NCBI GenBank assembly: GCA_963662435.1
Contig: OY759598.1
Coordinates: 2,884,507 to 2,948,506, forward strand
Direction of reading: 5' to 3'
Length of the DNA: 64,000 nucleotides
From: Dehalococcoidia bacterium
GTDB taxonomy: Bacteria > Chloroflexota > Dehalococcoidia > Lucifugimonadales > VXLM01
Both the position numbers and the translations under genes were made by a program. The notes beneath the pieces were generated by a model. It worked only from the letters and a program-made list of their open reading frames with translations. It was not told the DNA's origin and ran no database searches. Shown here one piece after another: positions 21,116 to 31,159 of the stretch (positions are counted from its first letter, which is position 1; every line of letters starts with the position of its first letter).

Positions 21116-21155
21116 CGTTCGTGGTGAGCCCTTCGACAGGCTCAGGGTGAACGGG
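21116..21155. repeat. REP-like palindrome family A (GTTCGTGGTGAGCCCTTCGACAGGCTCAGGGTGAACGG)
   Basis: Related copies at ~12308-12333, 24938-24999, 26341-26368, 34388-34470 (compound), 53425-53482 and 58075-58162. Confidence 0.85.
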
Positions 21156-21173
21156 GTCTCTCTGCAGCACCTA

Positions 21174-24100
21174 CTATGGGACGGCGGCGAGTTGGGCGAC
21201 CATTTGCTCGGTGAATTGGCCGAGGCGGTGGACGGTTTCGAGGAGCGAGCCTTCCCAGCCGTTGGTGGCGCCGGAGATGTCGACGCGGACCTGGGTGTTG
21301 CCGATGTCTACGTGGTCGCCGAGGTGTCGACGGAGGGCGTGTCGCGCGCCGCCGACGCCGTCGCTCAGGCGGAGGACAATGGTGCCGTTGTCCCTGTTGA
21401 CTGAGAGGACGTTGGCATGGGAAGCGGCAAGCTTGAGCTTTGTGACGTAGAGGAGGTTCTGCACCTGCCAAGGAAGCGTGCCGAAGCGGTCGACAAGCTC
21501 GTCGCCCATGGCGTCCACGTCTTCGGGTGTGGCGGAGCTCACGAGGCGGCGGTAGACGTCGAGGCGCGTGGGCAGGTCGGAGACGTAGTCGGTGGGGATG
21601 TTGGCAGGGATGCCGATGTCGACCTGGGGACTGGGGGCCGGGGACTGGAGGAGGCCCCCTTCCTTAGTCCTTCCCCCTCGGGGGGAAGGATGGGATGATG
21701 CATTGCCTTGGCCTTCTCCCGGCGAGGGAAGCATGGGAGAACTCTCGCGCTGGGCGCGTAGGGACTCGACTGCGTCGGAGAGGAGGCGGGTGTAGAGGTC
21801 GAATCCGACGGCGTAGATGTGGCCGCTCTGGTTTGCGCCGAGGATGTTGCCTGCGCCTCGAATTTCGAGGTCCTTCATGGCGATCTGGAAGCCTGCGCCG
21901 AGCTCGGTGGCGGCGAGCATGGTCTTGAGCCGCTTCTCCGCCGTTTCCGTGAGGCTTCCGTGCTGGGGTATGAGCAGGTAGGCGTAGGCGCGGCGGGCAC
22001 TGCGTCCGACTCTGCCGCGAAGCTGGTAGAGCTGAGCGAGCCCGAAGGTGTCGGCGCGGTTGACGATGAGGGTATTTACGTTGGGGATGTCGAGGCCTGA
22101 CTCGATGATCGTGGTGCAGGCGAGCACGTCCACGCTGCCGTCGGCGAATTCGACCATTGCCTTTTCAAGCTTGTTTTCGCCCATCTGGCCGTGGGCGACG
22201 CCGACCTTGGCCTCGGGGACAAGCCGTCGAATGTACCCGGCGATGTATTCGATGTTGTAGACGCGGTTGTGGAGGAAGTAGACCTGTCCGCGTCGGTCGA
22301 TCTCGCGGCGGATAGCCTCACGGATAAGCTCGTCGCTGAACTCGGAGACGTAGGTCTTGATGGGCAGTCGCTCTTCCGGCGCGGTCTGGATGGCGCTCAT
22401 GTCGCGAATGCCTGAGAGGGAGAGGTGGAGCGTTCGGGGAATGGGCGTCGCGGTCATGGTGAGGACGTCGACCTCGGAGCGCATCTGCTTGAGGCGCTCC
22501 TTGTGGGCCACTCCGAAACGCTGCTCCTCGTCAACGACGATGAGTCCGAGATTCTTGAAGGAGACGTCTTTCTGGACGAGCCGGTGCGTTCCGATGACGA
22601 TATCGACCTTGCCCTCGGCGAGATCGCTGACGATGTCGTTCTGCTCGCGGTCGGTGCGGAACCTGCTGAGGACCTCGACGCGGACGGGATAGGGCTTGAG
22701 CCGTTCGGAGAAGGTGGTGAAGTGCTGCTGGGCGAGGACGGTGGTCGGCACGAGTATGGCGACTTGAAAGCCGTCGGTGACGGCCTTGAAGGCGGCGCGT
22801 AGAGCGACCTCAGTCTTTCCGTAGCCGACATCGCCGCAGATGAGCCGGTCCATGGGCTTGCCGCTCTCCATGTCGCTCTTCATGTCGAGGATAGCCTCGG
22901 CCTGGTCGGGCGTCTCCTCGTAAGGGAATGCGTCCTCGAGCTGCACCTGCCACGGCGTGTCGAGGGCGAAGGAGTGGCCCTCGGACAGCTCTCGGGATGC
23001 GTAGAGTGAGAGAAGCTCGGCTGCCATCTCGCGGGTGGAGCGCTCGACGCGGGCCTTGGTGCGCTTCCATTCCTGGGTGCCGAGACGGGAGAGGGAGGGA
23101 GGGCGATCGAGCGGCGCGACGTAGGGGGTCACGCGGTCGAGGTGCTCCATGGGGACGTAGAGCTCGTCGCCCTCGGCGTAGTTGATGATGAGGTACTCGC
23201 GGTCGTCCTCGTCGCGTGGGGTGCGTCCGGTGCCGGCAAACCTTCCCACGCCGTGCTCTACGTGGACGACATAGTCGCCGGGGTTGAGCTCGGAAAGGAG
23301 GGAGTCGCGACGGCGGGCGCGGCGGCGTGACGCAGGACGTCGCTTGGCGGTGCCGAATATCTCGGCATCGCTGAGGACGAGGAGGCTGCGACCGTTCACG
23401 CGGAGGGCGAGACCCTCGCTGAGGCCGGAGCCGGGGTTCTGGATGACGGTGATCGTTCCGGGACGTGGCGTATCATCGAGGGCGTCGAGGAGAGTGGCCT
23501 CCACGCCGTTGCGGTCGAAGAACTCGCCGAGCCGCTTGGGGACGGAGCTGACGGCGACGAGGCGGTCGCCCACCTCGGCGGCGTTTTCGGACTCGATGAC
23601 GAAGTTCTCCACGTCGCCGCCGTACTCGGGACCGGAGCTGAAGGGGAGGACGATAGCGTCGCGGTGGACGAGGTCCTCCGCGCCCCATGGGGTGACGTCG
23701 ATGCGGCGGGGAAATTCGTCGAGCATGGGCTCGGTCTCGCGCCACGGGGCGTGGGACGAGGGGAAGTTGTGGGGCAACTCGCCGCGAGACTGCTTGGCCT
23801 CGCGGAGCTCGTGCGCGCGTTCCTCAGTCTCCCATGCCGCCTCGACGATGTCGGTCGGACGATAGCGGACGACTATGGCGTCCTTTGGCAGGTATTCGAG
23901 CAGCCCACCGTGGTTGAAGAACCCGGCGTAGAAGTTGGCGTCCTCGACCTCGCTACCGTCGAGGAGGAGGTGAATCTCCTCGCCGATGCGCTCGCGAGTC
24001 TCGACATTGCAGTTGTGCATGTCGATGGAGCGCAGGAGGTAGTCGACGTGATCGGGATGGGTGAGGCCGGGCAGGGTCTCCGCAGCGGGCAGGATGTCGA

Positions 24101-24839
24101 TGGACTCAACGAAGTCGGTGGAGCGCTGCGTTGCGGGATCGAAGAGGCGGATGGAGTCGATCTCGTCGCCCCAGAGGTCGATGCGTGCGGGGAACTCCGC
24201 GCCCACGGGAAAGATGTCGAGGATGCCCCCACGACGGCTGGCGGTGCCGGGCAGGTCTACGGTCGGCTCGAAGGAGTATCCCATGCGCCGCCACTGGTCG
24301 AGGAGCTCTCGCAGGTCGAGTGTCTGGCCGGGTACGAGCCGGTGCAGGCTCTTCTCGAAGCTTTCGCGGGAGATCGTCTTCTGTGAGACGGCCGAGGCCG
24401 AGGCGACGATTATTTTTCCCCTTGGGGTAGCGGCTGGAGAGTCATCGAGATCCTGGTCGGAAGATTCGGACGAATCGTCGGCGAGGAGCCGGGAGAGCAC
24501 GCCGATGCGCTGCTGTTCGGTGTCGGTGTCTGTGACGAGGCGCTCGAAGGGGAGGTTCTCGCTCTCGGGAAACTGGAGGACGGAGCGTTCGTCGGCGCTC
24601 CAGAGGGAGACCTGCTCGTAGAGCCGGCGGGCCTGGTCGGGTCGCGGGGCCACGAGGAGCACTGGGACATTGACGTTCCGCGCGAGGGTGGCCACGGTCA
24701 AAGGCAAGCCGTTTGGCAGTACCTGCAGGCGGACGTGGGCCTTGGACTGGCCCATGGAGGCGCGGAGCCGCTCGAACTGCGGCGCGCTCTCCAGCACGTC
24801 GCTCAGGACGCTCAGGGACATACTTTTGTGAAGCCTCAA
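21174..24839 (-). CDS. mfd: transcription-repair coupling factor
   Basis: UvrB-homology region, CarD-like RID (GDYVVHVEHGVG), CGDVGYGKTEVA, DEEQRFGV, QLRGRVGR, C-terminal TRCF domain; exact start uncertain. Confidence 0.96.
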   Translation of the reverse strand: MRLHKSMSLSVLSDVLESAPQFERLRASMGQSKAHVRLQVLPNGLPLTVATLARNVNVPVLLVAPRPDQARRLYEQVSLWSADERSVLQFPESENLPFERLVTDTDTEQQRIGVLSRLLADDSSESSDQDLDDSPAATPRGKIIVASASAVSQKTISRESFEKSLHRLVPGQTLDLRELLDQWRRMGYSFEPTVDLPGTASRRGGILDIFPVGAEFPARIDLWGDEIDSIRLFDPATQRSTDFVESIDILPAAETLPGLTHPDHVDYLLRSIDMHNCNVETRERIGEEIHLLLDGSEVEDANFYAGFFNHGGLLEYLPKDAIVVRYRPTDIVEAAWETEERAHELREAKQSRGELPHNFPSSHAPWRETEPMLDEFPRRIDVTPWGAEDLVHRDAIVLPFSSGPEYGGDVENFVIESENAAEVGDRLVAVSSVPKRLGEFFDRNGVEATLLDALDDTPRPGTITVIQNPGSGLSEGLALRVNGRSLLVLSDAEIFGTAKRRPASRRRARRRDSLLSELNPGDYVVHVEHGVGRFAGTGRTPRDEDDREYLIINYAEGDELYVPMEHLDRVTPYVAPLDRPPSLSRLGTQEWKRTKARVERSTREMAAELLSLYASRELSEGHSFALDTPWQVQLEDAFPYEETPDQAEAILDMKSDMESGKPMDRLICGDVGYGKTEVALRAAFKAVTDGFQVAILVPTTVLAQQHFTTFSERLKPYPVRVEVLSRFRTDREQNDIVSDLAEGKVDIVIGTHRLVQKDVSFKNLGLIVVDEEQRFGVAHKERLKQMRSEVDVLTMTATPIPRTLHLSLSGIRDMSAIQTAPEERLPIKTYVSEFSDELIREAIRREIDRRGQVYFLHNRVYNIEYIAGYIRRLVPEAKVGVAHGQMGENKLEKAMVEFADGSVDVLACTTIIESGLDIPNVNTLIVNRADTFGLAQLYQLRGRVGRSARRAYAYLLIPQHGSLTETAEKRLKTMLAATELGAGFQIAMKDLEIRGAGNILGANQSGHIYAVGFDLYTRLLSDAVESLRAQRESSPMLPSPGEGQGNASSHPSPRGGRTKEGGLLQSPAPSPQVDIGIPANIPTDYVSDLPTRLDVYRRLVSSATPEDVDAMGDELVDRFGTLPWQVQNLLYVTKLKLAASHANVLSVNRDNGTIVLRLSDGVGGARHALRRHLGDHVDIGNTQVRVDISGATNGWEGSLLETVHRLGQFTEQMVAQLAAVP

Positions 24840-25111
24840 ACGCAGAATAGGGCGAGTCCGCGGGAAACGGACTCACCTGAGGAATATTGTAGCACGGGGG
24901 ATATAAAGTGGTAGGAAGAATTCGGGCCGTTCAAAGTCCGTTCGTAGTGAGCCTGTCGAACCACGAAGAGGGCCTTCGACAAGCTCAGGCCGAACGGGGC
25001 CTAGGGCGAGTGGAATTAGGACGGGTGGACGTTTGCGGGGTGGCGTCGGGCCGCGCGGACGGAGAGGGCGGATACCGCCCGATTCAAGTGGGAGTTGGCT
25101 TATCGGATGCG

Positions 25112-26164
25112 CTAGCTCGTCATGCTAGTCAGATTCGTGGCGCTCCTGAGTGCATTGACAAACTTGTCCACTTCCTCGGTGCTTCGGAAGAAGCCCACGA
25201 AGCCGCGTGTACCTCTCTTGTCGTACTTTGAGCTTCCAGCCCACCCTGACAAATCGTGCTCGTATGAGTTTGGCGGCAACCATGTTTGCAGCATCTCAAA
25301 TTCTATTCCCATCAGGTCCTTGAGGCGGTCAGCGTGCGCCGTAAACCCCATTCCGTCCTTTTCTTCGTCGGGAATTGCATTAACGATCAGAACCGTTCGC
25401 ACACCGCCGTCATCTAGTCGTACCTGATACCACACCCTATTCATATAGGGACTGGCAGAGAGAGTTCCTCGCACACCACTTCTCATTCGAGCATACAGTT
25501 CGCCAATGCCATTTGTGTCGGCCAGAGCTTGAAGTCCACTCACGGTTCCGCGATTCGCCCTTTTGGACGTGGCCCGAGACTTGGCTTCAGCCTCTTCGGG
25601 CTCTATCAAGTACACCTGGGCCAACATACTTCTACCGGCATTGTCCTTGAAGTGCTGGATCGTGGCTACATTGATGGGTACGTTTAATTCAGACAAGTAA
25701 CGAACTATCCTCTCCGTACTGGAGTCCATAGATTCGGCAACAATCAGGGAGCGGTGCCCCAGGTTAAGCTCATCTGGTAGGGTTTCTTCAAACCGCTCTT
25801 GAAACGCTGAATCCAACGAGTCCGAATCCCCGAGGTAATCGTCTGCTATTGATGTTATTCGTTCGTGGGATAGGTCTCTCACCCAAGATGCATAGTCCAG
25901 TGCCTGAGCAGTTACTTCTCTTGGGGTTCGACCTTTCTTCAACTCGACTACCACGGTATCCCCGGCACTGTCCAAGCAAAGCAGATCTATTGTTCCTCCG
26001 AAGTCGGTGGGGACCTGCCTCCCAATCACTAGCAGATTGGGATCCAGCACTGAGATGTCGGTGGCCAACCAGTCTTCCAACCGCTCCTCTAAGCTAATCT
26101 GGTCGCTGGGAATCTCCTGCAATTCCGTATCGGAGATTACTTCCCAGAGGCGTACCTTTTGCAT
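25112..26164 (-). CDS. NucS/EndoMS-like PD-(D/E)xK endonuclease domain protein
   Basis: LEERLEDWL...IGRQV...IDLLCLD...VVVELKK...QALDYA; lower GC than flanks. Confidence 0.75.
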   Translation of the reverse strand: MQKVRLWEVISDTELQEIPSDQISLEERLEDWLATDISVLDPNLLVIGRQVPTDFGGTIDLLCLDSAGDTVVVELKKGRTPREVTAQALDYASWVRDLSHERITSIADDYLGDSDSLDSAFQERFEETLPDELNLGHRSLIVAESMDSSTERIVRYLSELNVPINVATIQHFKDNAGRSMLAQVYLIEPEEAEAKSRATSKRANRGTVSGLQALADTNGIGELYARMRSGVRGTLSASPYMNRVWYQVRLDDGGVRTVLIVNAIPDEEKDGMGFTAHADRLKDLMGIEFEMLQTWLPPNSYEHDLSGWAGSSKYDKRGTRGFVGFFRSTEEVDKFVNALRSATNLTSMTS

Positions 26165-26416
26165 CGTTTCCTCCCTTTTGGCTTCGTTCGACCCAATCCA
26201 TCACAACACGTCTTCCGGTGGTTGGGTGCGATCCAGTCGGCAAGGATGAAGGTCAGCAATATACCTTGTTTGCTGAGTTGTGTCACACAGAGACCAAATC
26301 CATAGATTGCAACCTCGCCAAACCATGCGCGGCAATACCACCCTTCGACAAGCTCAGGGTGAACGGGGTCCATCTCTTGACTCTCTCATACACAGAATAG
26401 GTCACTTGGCGCGGAT

Positions 26417-26445
26417 TTGACGTGCGGGAACGGGCGTTCTATTCT
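26417..26445 (+). promoter_or_regulatory. sigma70-like promoter with LexA (SOS) box in the spacer, upstream of the portal gene
   Basis: TTGACG(26417-22)-17 bp-TATTCT(26440-45); GAAC-GGGC-GTTC at 26428-26439. Confidence 0.75.
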
Positions 26446-26507
26446 TTGATTGTGGGCTTATGGCGCAGGGGCGTCGCGGCCTGAAATTGGGAACCTGGAG
26501 AGGACGT

Positions 26508-28283
26508 ATGCCAACGAACATCAATGACCCGGACGAGATCATTCGCGCGGTGGGGCGTCAGGAGGAGCAGACGCTTTCGCTGCGTGACCGCATGGAGGGA
26601 GACTACCGGCTGTACCGGTTGGAGCCGTTCCAGGAGGTGGACGGATACGGGCAGCCTGTGGAGGGTTTTCGGAGCTACACGTCGAACGCGCCGCAGGTGT
26701 ACGCGGACAAGGTGATCCAGTGGATCGCACGGGCGGAGTTCGGCATCCGCATCCCGCAGGCGGGCAGGACGCGGGCGCAGCGGGCGGTGGACGCGCTGAA
26801 AGAGAAGTGGACGTGGGGGCTGATGCGTTCGGTGGACCGGCGCATCCAGCAGCGGATGGAGCCGCCGATGCGCGACCTGACGGCGTTTCACAACGTCGTG
26901 CGGGGGATGGTGGCCGGGCGCTGGCTGATGATGAACACGGCGTCGGGCGAGACGGTGGTGGACATGACGCCGTGGGACCCCATGCACACGTACTGGACCG
27001 TTGGCACTGATGGGCTGGAGTGGGCCTGCTACAAGGTCCGCAAGACGCGCGGGGAGATCCGCTCCGAGTACGGCGTAGATGTCGGAGAGGACCTTGAGAC
27101 GCTCAGGGTTGGGGCGCAGGACGGTGACGAGGCGGAACTCGAGGTATATGACTTCTACGACCGCACGCACAACACGGTGGTGGCCGGCAACGGGGTTGTG
27201 CTGAAGCGGTCGACGCCGCATGGGGCCGGGCGGGTGCCGGTGGTGATCGTTCCGGTCGGGCCGGTGCCGCTGGTGCAGACGGAGTCGGCGGCGGACTCGG
27301 TGTCCGACTACGGCGAGAGCGTGTTCAAGTCGAACCGCGAGATCTACGACAAGCACAACCTGATGATGTCGATCTTCCTGGAACTGGCGGCGAGGGCGAG
27401 GAGACCTCCGCTGGGGGTGAAGTCACGCGACGGGCGGAAGACGCTGGACGAGGACCCGTACCTCGAGGGAACCACAATCAGCATGAGCGAGGGTGACGAT
27501 GTGGAGGCGTTCCCACTGCTGAAAACGACGCAGGACGCGGCCGACCTGACGGGGCGGATTTCGGGGGAGGTGCAGCGTGGGTCGATCCCGCACTCGGTAT
27601 ACGGGGAGCTGCAGTTCCAGCTATCGGGCTTCGCGATCAACACGCTGCGGTCGGGTCTCGACTCGGTGCTGCGGCCACGTCTGATCGCGGAGGCGTCGTT
27701 CTACCGCCAGGGGCTGGAGTTGCTGACTGAGCAGTACGTATCCGGGCGGTTCTCTGCGTTGTCCGGCTCGGCGGGTGCGACCTTCGACGCGGCGATGGAT
27801 CCCGACGCCGTTTCGCGGGGCGGGACGCCGGAGATCAAGTTGGAGGGCAAGCTGCCGGAGGACGACACGGCGAAGTACGCGCAGGCGAGGATGGCGCGCG
27901 AGGGCGAGGTGCCGCTTCTGCCGGACAGGTGGATATACGACCACATCCTCAAGATCCGCGACGGGGACAACATCGAGCAGGCGGTGTCGGCGCAGGTGGC
28001 GCGTCGGGGCACGCCGGAGTCGCTGATGCTGAACTCGATGATCGCGTCCGCCGACCAGGGGGACGACGACTACGCGCGGCTATACGAGAGCGAATTGCGG
28101 CTGGCGAGGATGCGGAAGCTGCTGGAATTGCAGGCGCTGCGTGAGGAGGCTGCGGGTGAGCGGAGCGGCACGCCGGGACGGTCTTCGGGGGACGGATCGG
28201 CGGGTCCGGCGGCGCGGGTCTTGTCGGAGCTGACGGAGGCGGAGAGGTTGGAGGTGCTGGGGCTGGCGGGGCCGGGTGGGTAG
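26508..28283 (+). CDS. phage portal (head-tail connector)-like protein
   Basis: ~590 aa; features typical of P22/T7-type portals (WDPMHTYW, HGAGRVPVV, YGESVF, LSGFAI, C-terminal coiled coil); ATG 26508 after GGAGAGG; first gene of a virion-gene cluster. Confidence 0.7.
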   Translation: MPTNINDPDEIIRAVGRQEEQTLSLRDRMEGDYRLYRLEPFQEVDGYGQPVEGFRSYTSNAPQVYADKVIQWIARAEFGIRIPQAGRTRAQRAVDALKEKWTWGLMRSVDRRIQQRMEPPMRDLTAFHNVVRGMVAGRWLMMNTASGETVVDMTPWDPMHTYWTVGTDGLEWACYKVRKTRGEIRSEYGVDVGEDLETLRVGAQDGDEAELEVYDFYDRTHNTVVAGNGVVLKRSTPHGAGRVPVVIVPVGPVPLVQTESAADSVSDYGESVFKSNREIYDKHNLMMSIFLELAARARRPPLGVKSRDGRKTLDEDPYLEGTTISMSEGDDVEAFPLLKTTQDAADLTGRISGEVQRGSIPHSVYGELQFQLSGFAINTLRSGLDSVLRPRLIAEASFYRQGLELLTEQYVSGRFSALSGSAGATFDAAMDPDAVSRGGTPEIKLEGKLPEDDTAKYAQARMAREGEVPLLPDRWIYDHILKIRDGDNIEQAVSAQVARRGTPESLMLNSMIASADQGDDDYARLYESELRLARMRKLLELQALREEAAGERSGTPGRSSGDGSAGPAARVLSELTEAERLEVLGLAGPGG

Positions 28284-28389
28284 GATGGGGGTTGGGGGGA
28301 GTCCTTGCGAACTTGGTAGGCGAATCAAGACCGCAAGGACTCAAAGACCCTGTGATAGAATCGCGGTAGCGAGCGTGAGGGAGGACGGC

Positions 28390-28671
28390 ATGGACGTGAA
28401 ACAGGCTGTGAAGATTGCCAAGACCCACGTTACCGATCTTTTTGCCGACGAGGAGATCGAGGACATCGGGCTGGAAGAGGTCGAATTCGACGAATCCGTG
28501 GGCATGTGGATAGTGACCATAGGCTTCTCCCGCCCGTGGGACCAGAAAAACGCTTTGACTGCAGCGCTGGGGGAGGGAGGTCTTGGCCGTTCGTATAAAG
28601 TGGTTCGTCTCGCTAACACGGACGGACGCATGGTAGCACTAGAGGACCACTTTCTGAGTGCCATAAACTGA
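28390..28671 (+). CDS. small hypothetical protein, partner of the adjacent PIN protein
   Basis: MDVKQAVKIAK...LEEVEFDE...WIVTIGF; GGAGG RBS; only 4 bp separate it from the PIN gene. Confidence 0.7.
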   Translation: MDVKQAVKIAKTHVTDLFADEEIEDIGLEEVEFDESVGMWIVTIGFSRPWDQKNALTAALGEGGLGRSYKVVRLANTDGRMVALEDHFLSAIN

Positions 28672-28675
28672 TTCT

Positions 28676-29137
28676 ATGCCCCCGTCCGGGTTCTTTCTAG
28701 ACTCGAACCTCTTCGTGCTGCTGGTCGTGGGGAGCGTAGGTCGGGAATTCATTTCCAAACATCGCCGGCTCAGTGCGTACTCGGCGGAAGACTACGAGAT
28801 TCTGATTAAGTTACTTGGCCGGGTTGAGCGGGTATACGTCACGCCGAACACGCTCACCGAGACTTCGAACCTATTGGGCCAACACGCCGATCCGGAGCGC
28901 ACGCGCTTCTTTGAGAGGCTTCGCTTAATTATTCAGGAAAGCAAAGAGGTTACCGTTGCCAGTGTGGTGGCATCATCAAACAGCGCTTTCAACAGGCTTG
29001 GACTTACGGACGCGGCGCTCCTCGAGGCAGCCACGCCGGAAACTCCGTTAATAACGGTGGACTTCAAACTCTACTTGGCGGCTATCGCAAGCGGCCGGGA
29101 AGTTGCTTTAAACTTCGCGCATTTTCGGAACCTGTAG
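28676..29137 (+). CDS. PIN-domain protein
   Basis: FLDSNL, TPNTLTETSNL, LGLTDAA, LITVD. Confidence 0.8.
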   Translation: MPPSGFFLDSNLFVLLVVGSVGREFISKHRRLSAYSAEDYEILIKLLGRVERVYVTPNTLTETSNLLGQHADPERTRFFERLRLIIQESKEVTVASVVASSNSAFNRLGLTDAALLEAATPETPLITVDFKLYLAAIASGREVALNFAHFRNL

Positions 29138-29159
29138 GCGGTTCGAGACTGCCAGCATG

Positions 29160-30185
29160 CTACGCCGGTCGCTTGCCGACAGCGAGAGAGGCGCTAATAG
29201 CCGAGCCGCCGTCGCCGGAGAAGCCGTATGAGCCGTTTCCGGCTACCGTGGTGATGATGCCGGTCGTTGAGTCGATCTTGCGGACGCGGTAGTTGCCGGT
29301 ATCCACCACGTACAGGTTTCCCTCGCCGTCGAGGGCGATGCTGTAGGGCATCGAGAGGTTTGCTTGGAGTGCGGGGCCTCCGTCGCCGGAGAACTCTGCC
29401 CTGCCGTTACCGGTTAGGGTTGTGATGGTGCCGTCGGGGGTGATCTTGCGGATGCGGTTGTTCGCGCCGTCGGCTATGTAAAGGGTGCCGTCCGCTTCGA
29501 GGGCGACGTCGCGGGGGAGGGATATCGCGGCATGGGTGGCGGGGCCGCCGTCGCCGGAGAAGCCCTGATTGCCGTTGCCGGCGACGGTGGTGATGATGCC
29601 CGTCGCGGCATCGACCTTGCGGATGCGGGAGTTGCGGTGGTTGGCGATGTAGAGGTCACCTTCGTCGTTGAAAGTGACGGCGATGGGTGAGGCGAGCATG
29701 GCTTGGGTCGCGTGGCCGTTGTCGCCTGAGTAGCCGTGTTCGCCGTTGCCCGCGACAGTGGTGATGATACCGGTCGCCGCATCGACCATTCGGATACGGT
29801 CGTTCTTGAGGTCGGCAATGTAGATGTTGCCATGCCTGTCGACAGCCGACCCGTGCGGCGATGCGAGTTGCGCGTGTACGGCGGGACCGTCGTCTCCTGA
29901 GTACCCCTCGACGCCGCATCCGGCGACGGTCGAAATGGTGTTCGCTGTGGCATCTATCTTTCGAATGCGGGCGTGATGGGCATCTGTGACGTACAGGTTG
30001 CCTGCACGGTCGGCTGTGACACGCATGGGGTGTGAGGAGAAGGTTGCGTCGGTTGCGGGGCCGCCATCGCCGAGGGCTCCGGTTCCACCTCCCGCCACTG
30101 TTGTGATGACGCCGATGGTCAGGTCAACTCTGCGGACGCGGCTGTTGCCCACGTCGGAGAAGTATATGGCGTCGCGGACGAACAT
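29160..30185 (-). CDS. NHL-repeat beta-propeller protein
   Basis: About six repeats of YIAD..N.RIRKVD..TGIITTVAGNG..GFSGDGGPA; TACACT 7 nt before ATG suggests a leaderless mRNA. Confidence 0.88.
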   Translation of the reverse strand: MFVRDAIYFSDVGNSRVRRVDLTIGVITTVAGGGTGALGDGGPATDATFSSHPMRVTADRAGNLYVTDAHHARIRKIDATANTISTVAGCGVEGYSGDDGPAVHAQLASPHGSAVDRHGNIYIADLKNDRIRMVDAATGIITTVAGNGEHGYSGDNGHATQAMLASPIAVTFNDEGDLYIANHRNSRIRKVDAATGIITTVAGNGNQGFSGDGGPATHAAISLPRDVALEADGTLYIADGANNRIRKITPDGTITTLTGNGRAEFSGDGGPALQANLSMPYSIALDGEGNLYVVDTGNYRVRKIDSTTGIITTVAGNGSYGFSGDGGSAISASLAVGKRPA

Positions 30186-30353
30186 TGGGCGGAGTGTATC
30201 ACGGGGTTGGTGGAGTGGGTTGGTCTGCGCCGTAGCGGAGATGCGGTTTCACCCTCACCCCAACCCTCTCCCGCGAACGGGTGAGGGGGTAAAGTAATGT
30301 CTACACCAGGGTCCATGGATTCCCACCTTTGCGGGAATGACAGACCAGTAATC

Positions 30354-30392
30354 GAACGCATGTTTGACACGATTCGTGGCGTGGGGTAGACT
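30354..30392 (+). promoter_or_regulatory. sigma70-like promoter with LexA box overlapping -35, upstream of scaffold/capsid genes
   Basis: GAAC-GCAT-GTTT (30354-65) overlapping TTGACA (30364-69), 17 bp, TAGACT (30387-92). Confidence 0.7.
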
Positions 30393-30454
30393 CGGATTGT
30401 GACAGGTCGTCGTTCCGGCGGAGCGAGGGCCGACAAACAACAGCGAGACGCCGT

Positions 30455-30498
30455 ACAGAGCGTTCCGGAGATTGTTCCGGGGCGCTCTGTTTGTTTTT
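30455..30498 (+). terminator. intrinsic terminator-like hairpin within the 5' leader of the capsid operon (possible attenuator)
   Basis: ACAGAGCGTTCCGGA-gattgt-TCCGGGGCGCTCTGT followed by TTGTTTTT. Confidence 0.6.
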
Positions 30499-30568
30499 CC
30501 GGCGAGTGCAGGGAAGACCAATGCCCGATGTAGAGATGAGGGCGGGAATTAGTGAAAGGAGAGACGTG

Positions 30569-31126
30569 ATGGTGATGGAAACGGACATGGAGGAAGACCT
30601 GCCCCTTGAGGCAGGCGAAGGGTCGTCTGACGGCTCCGACGAGTCGGAAAGCACGGTCGATGAGTTCGACCTGGCCGACCTGCGGAGGGAATTTGCGGAG
30701 GAGAGCGAAGGCGGTGTTGCGGGTCGTGAGAGCGACTCCGGCGACGACGAAAGTTCCGAGAGCACCGCGGTGGAAGAGGGCGAGGAGACTACGTCCGAGG
30801 GCGAGTCGTTCGCCTCCGACCGGGAGCGGTACCAGGCGGTGATCAACGCGGCTCGTCTGCACGGGCTGGGAATAGACGATCTCGAGGAGCTGGAGGGTTC
30901 CGGGAGCGCGGAGGAGGTCGAGCGGCGGGCGCAGGGCATGGCGGATAAGAGGAACCTGCACCGGAGGGTCGATGCGCTGGAAAAGCAGCTCGCGCCTGTG
31001 CAGCAGTTTGACAGCAACCGCCCTGGCGCTCCGTCGTCCGGCTCCGACGAGACATGGATCGACCGGTACATGGCGGGAGACCGCAGCGCACGAGCGGTTG
31101 CCGCGGCGCGGCGGGCATTCGACTAG
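30569..31126 (+). CDS. putative capsid scaffolding protein
   Basis: Very acidic low-complexity N-terminus, coiled-coil middle, immediately upstream of the capsid gene; AAGGAG RBS. Confidence 0.6.
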   Translation: MVMETDMEEDLPLEAGEGSSDGSDESESTVDEFDLADLRREFAEESEGGVAGRESDSGDDESSESTAVEEGEETTSEGESFASDRERYQAVINAARLHGLGIDDLEELEGSGSAEEVERRAQGMADKRNLHRRVDALEKQLAPVQQFDSNRPGAPSSGSDETWIDRYMAGDRSARAVAAARRAFD

Positions 31127-31159
31127 CAGAACATTTCGTATAGGCAGGAAGGAGAACAC

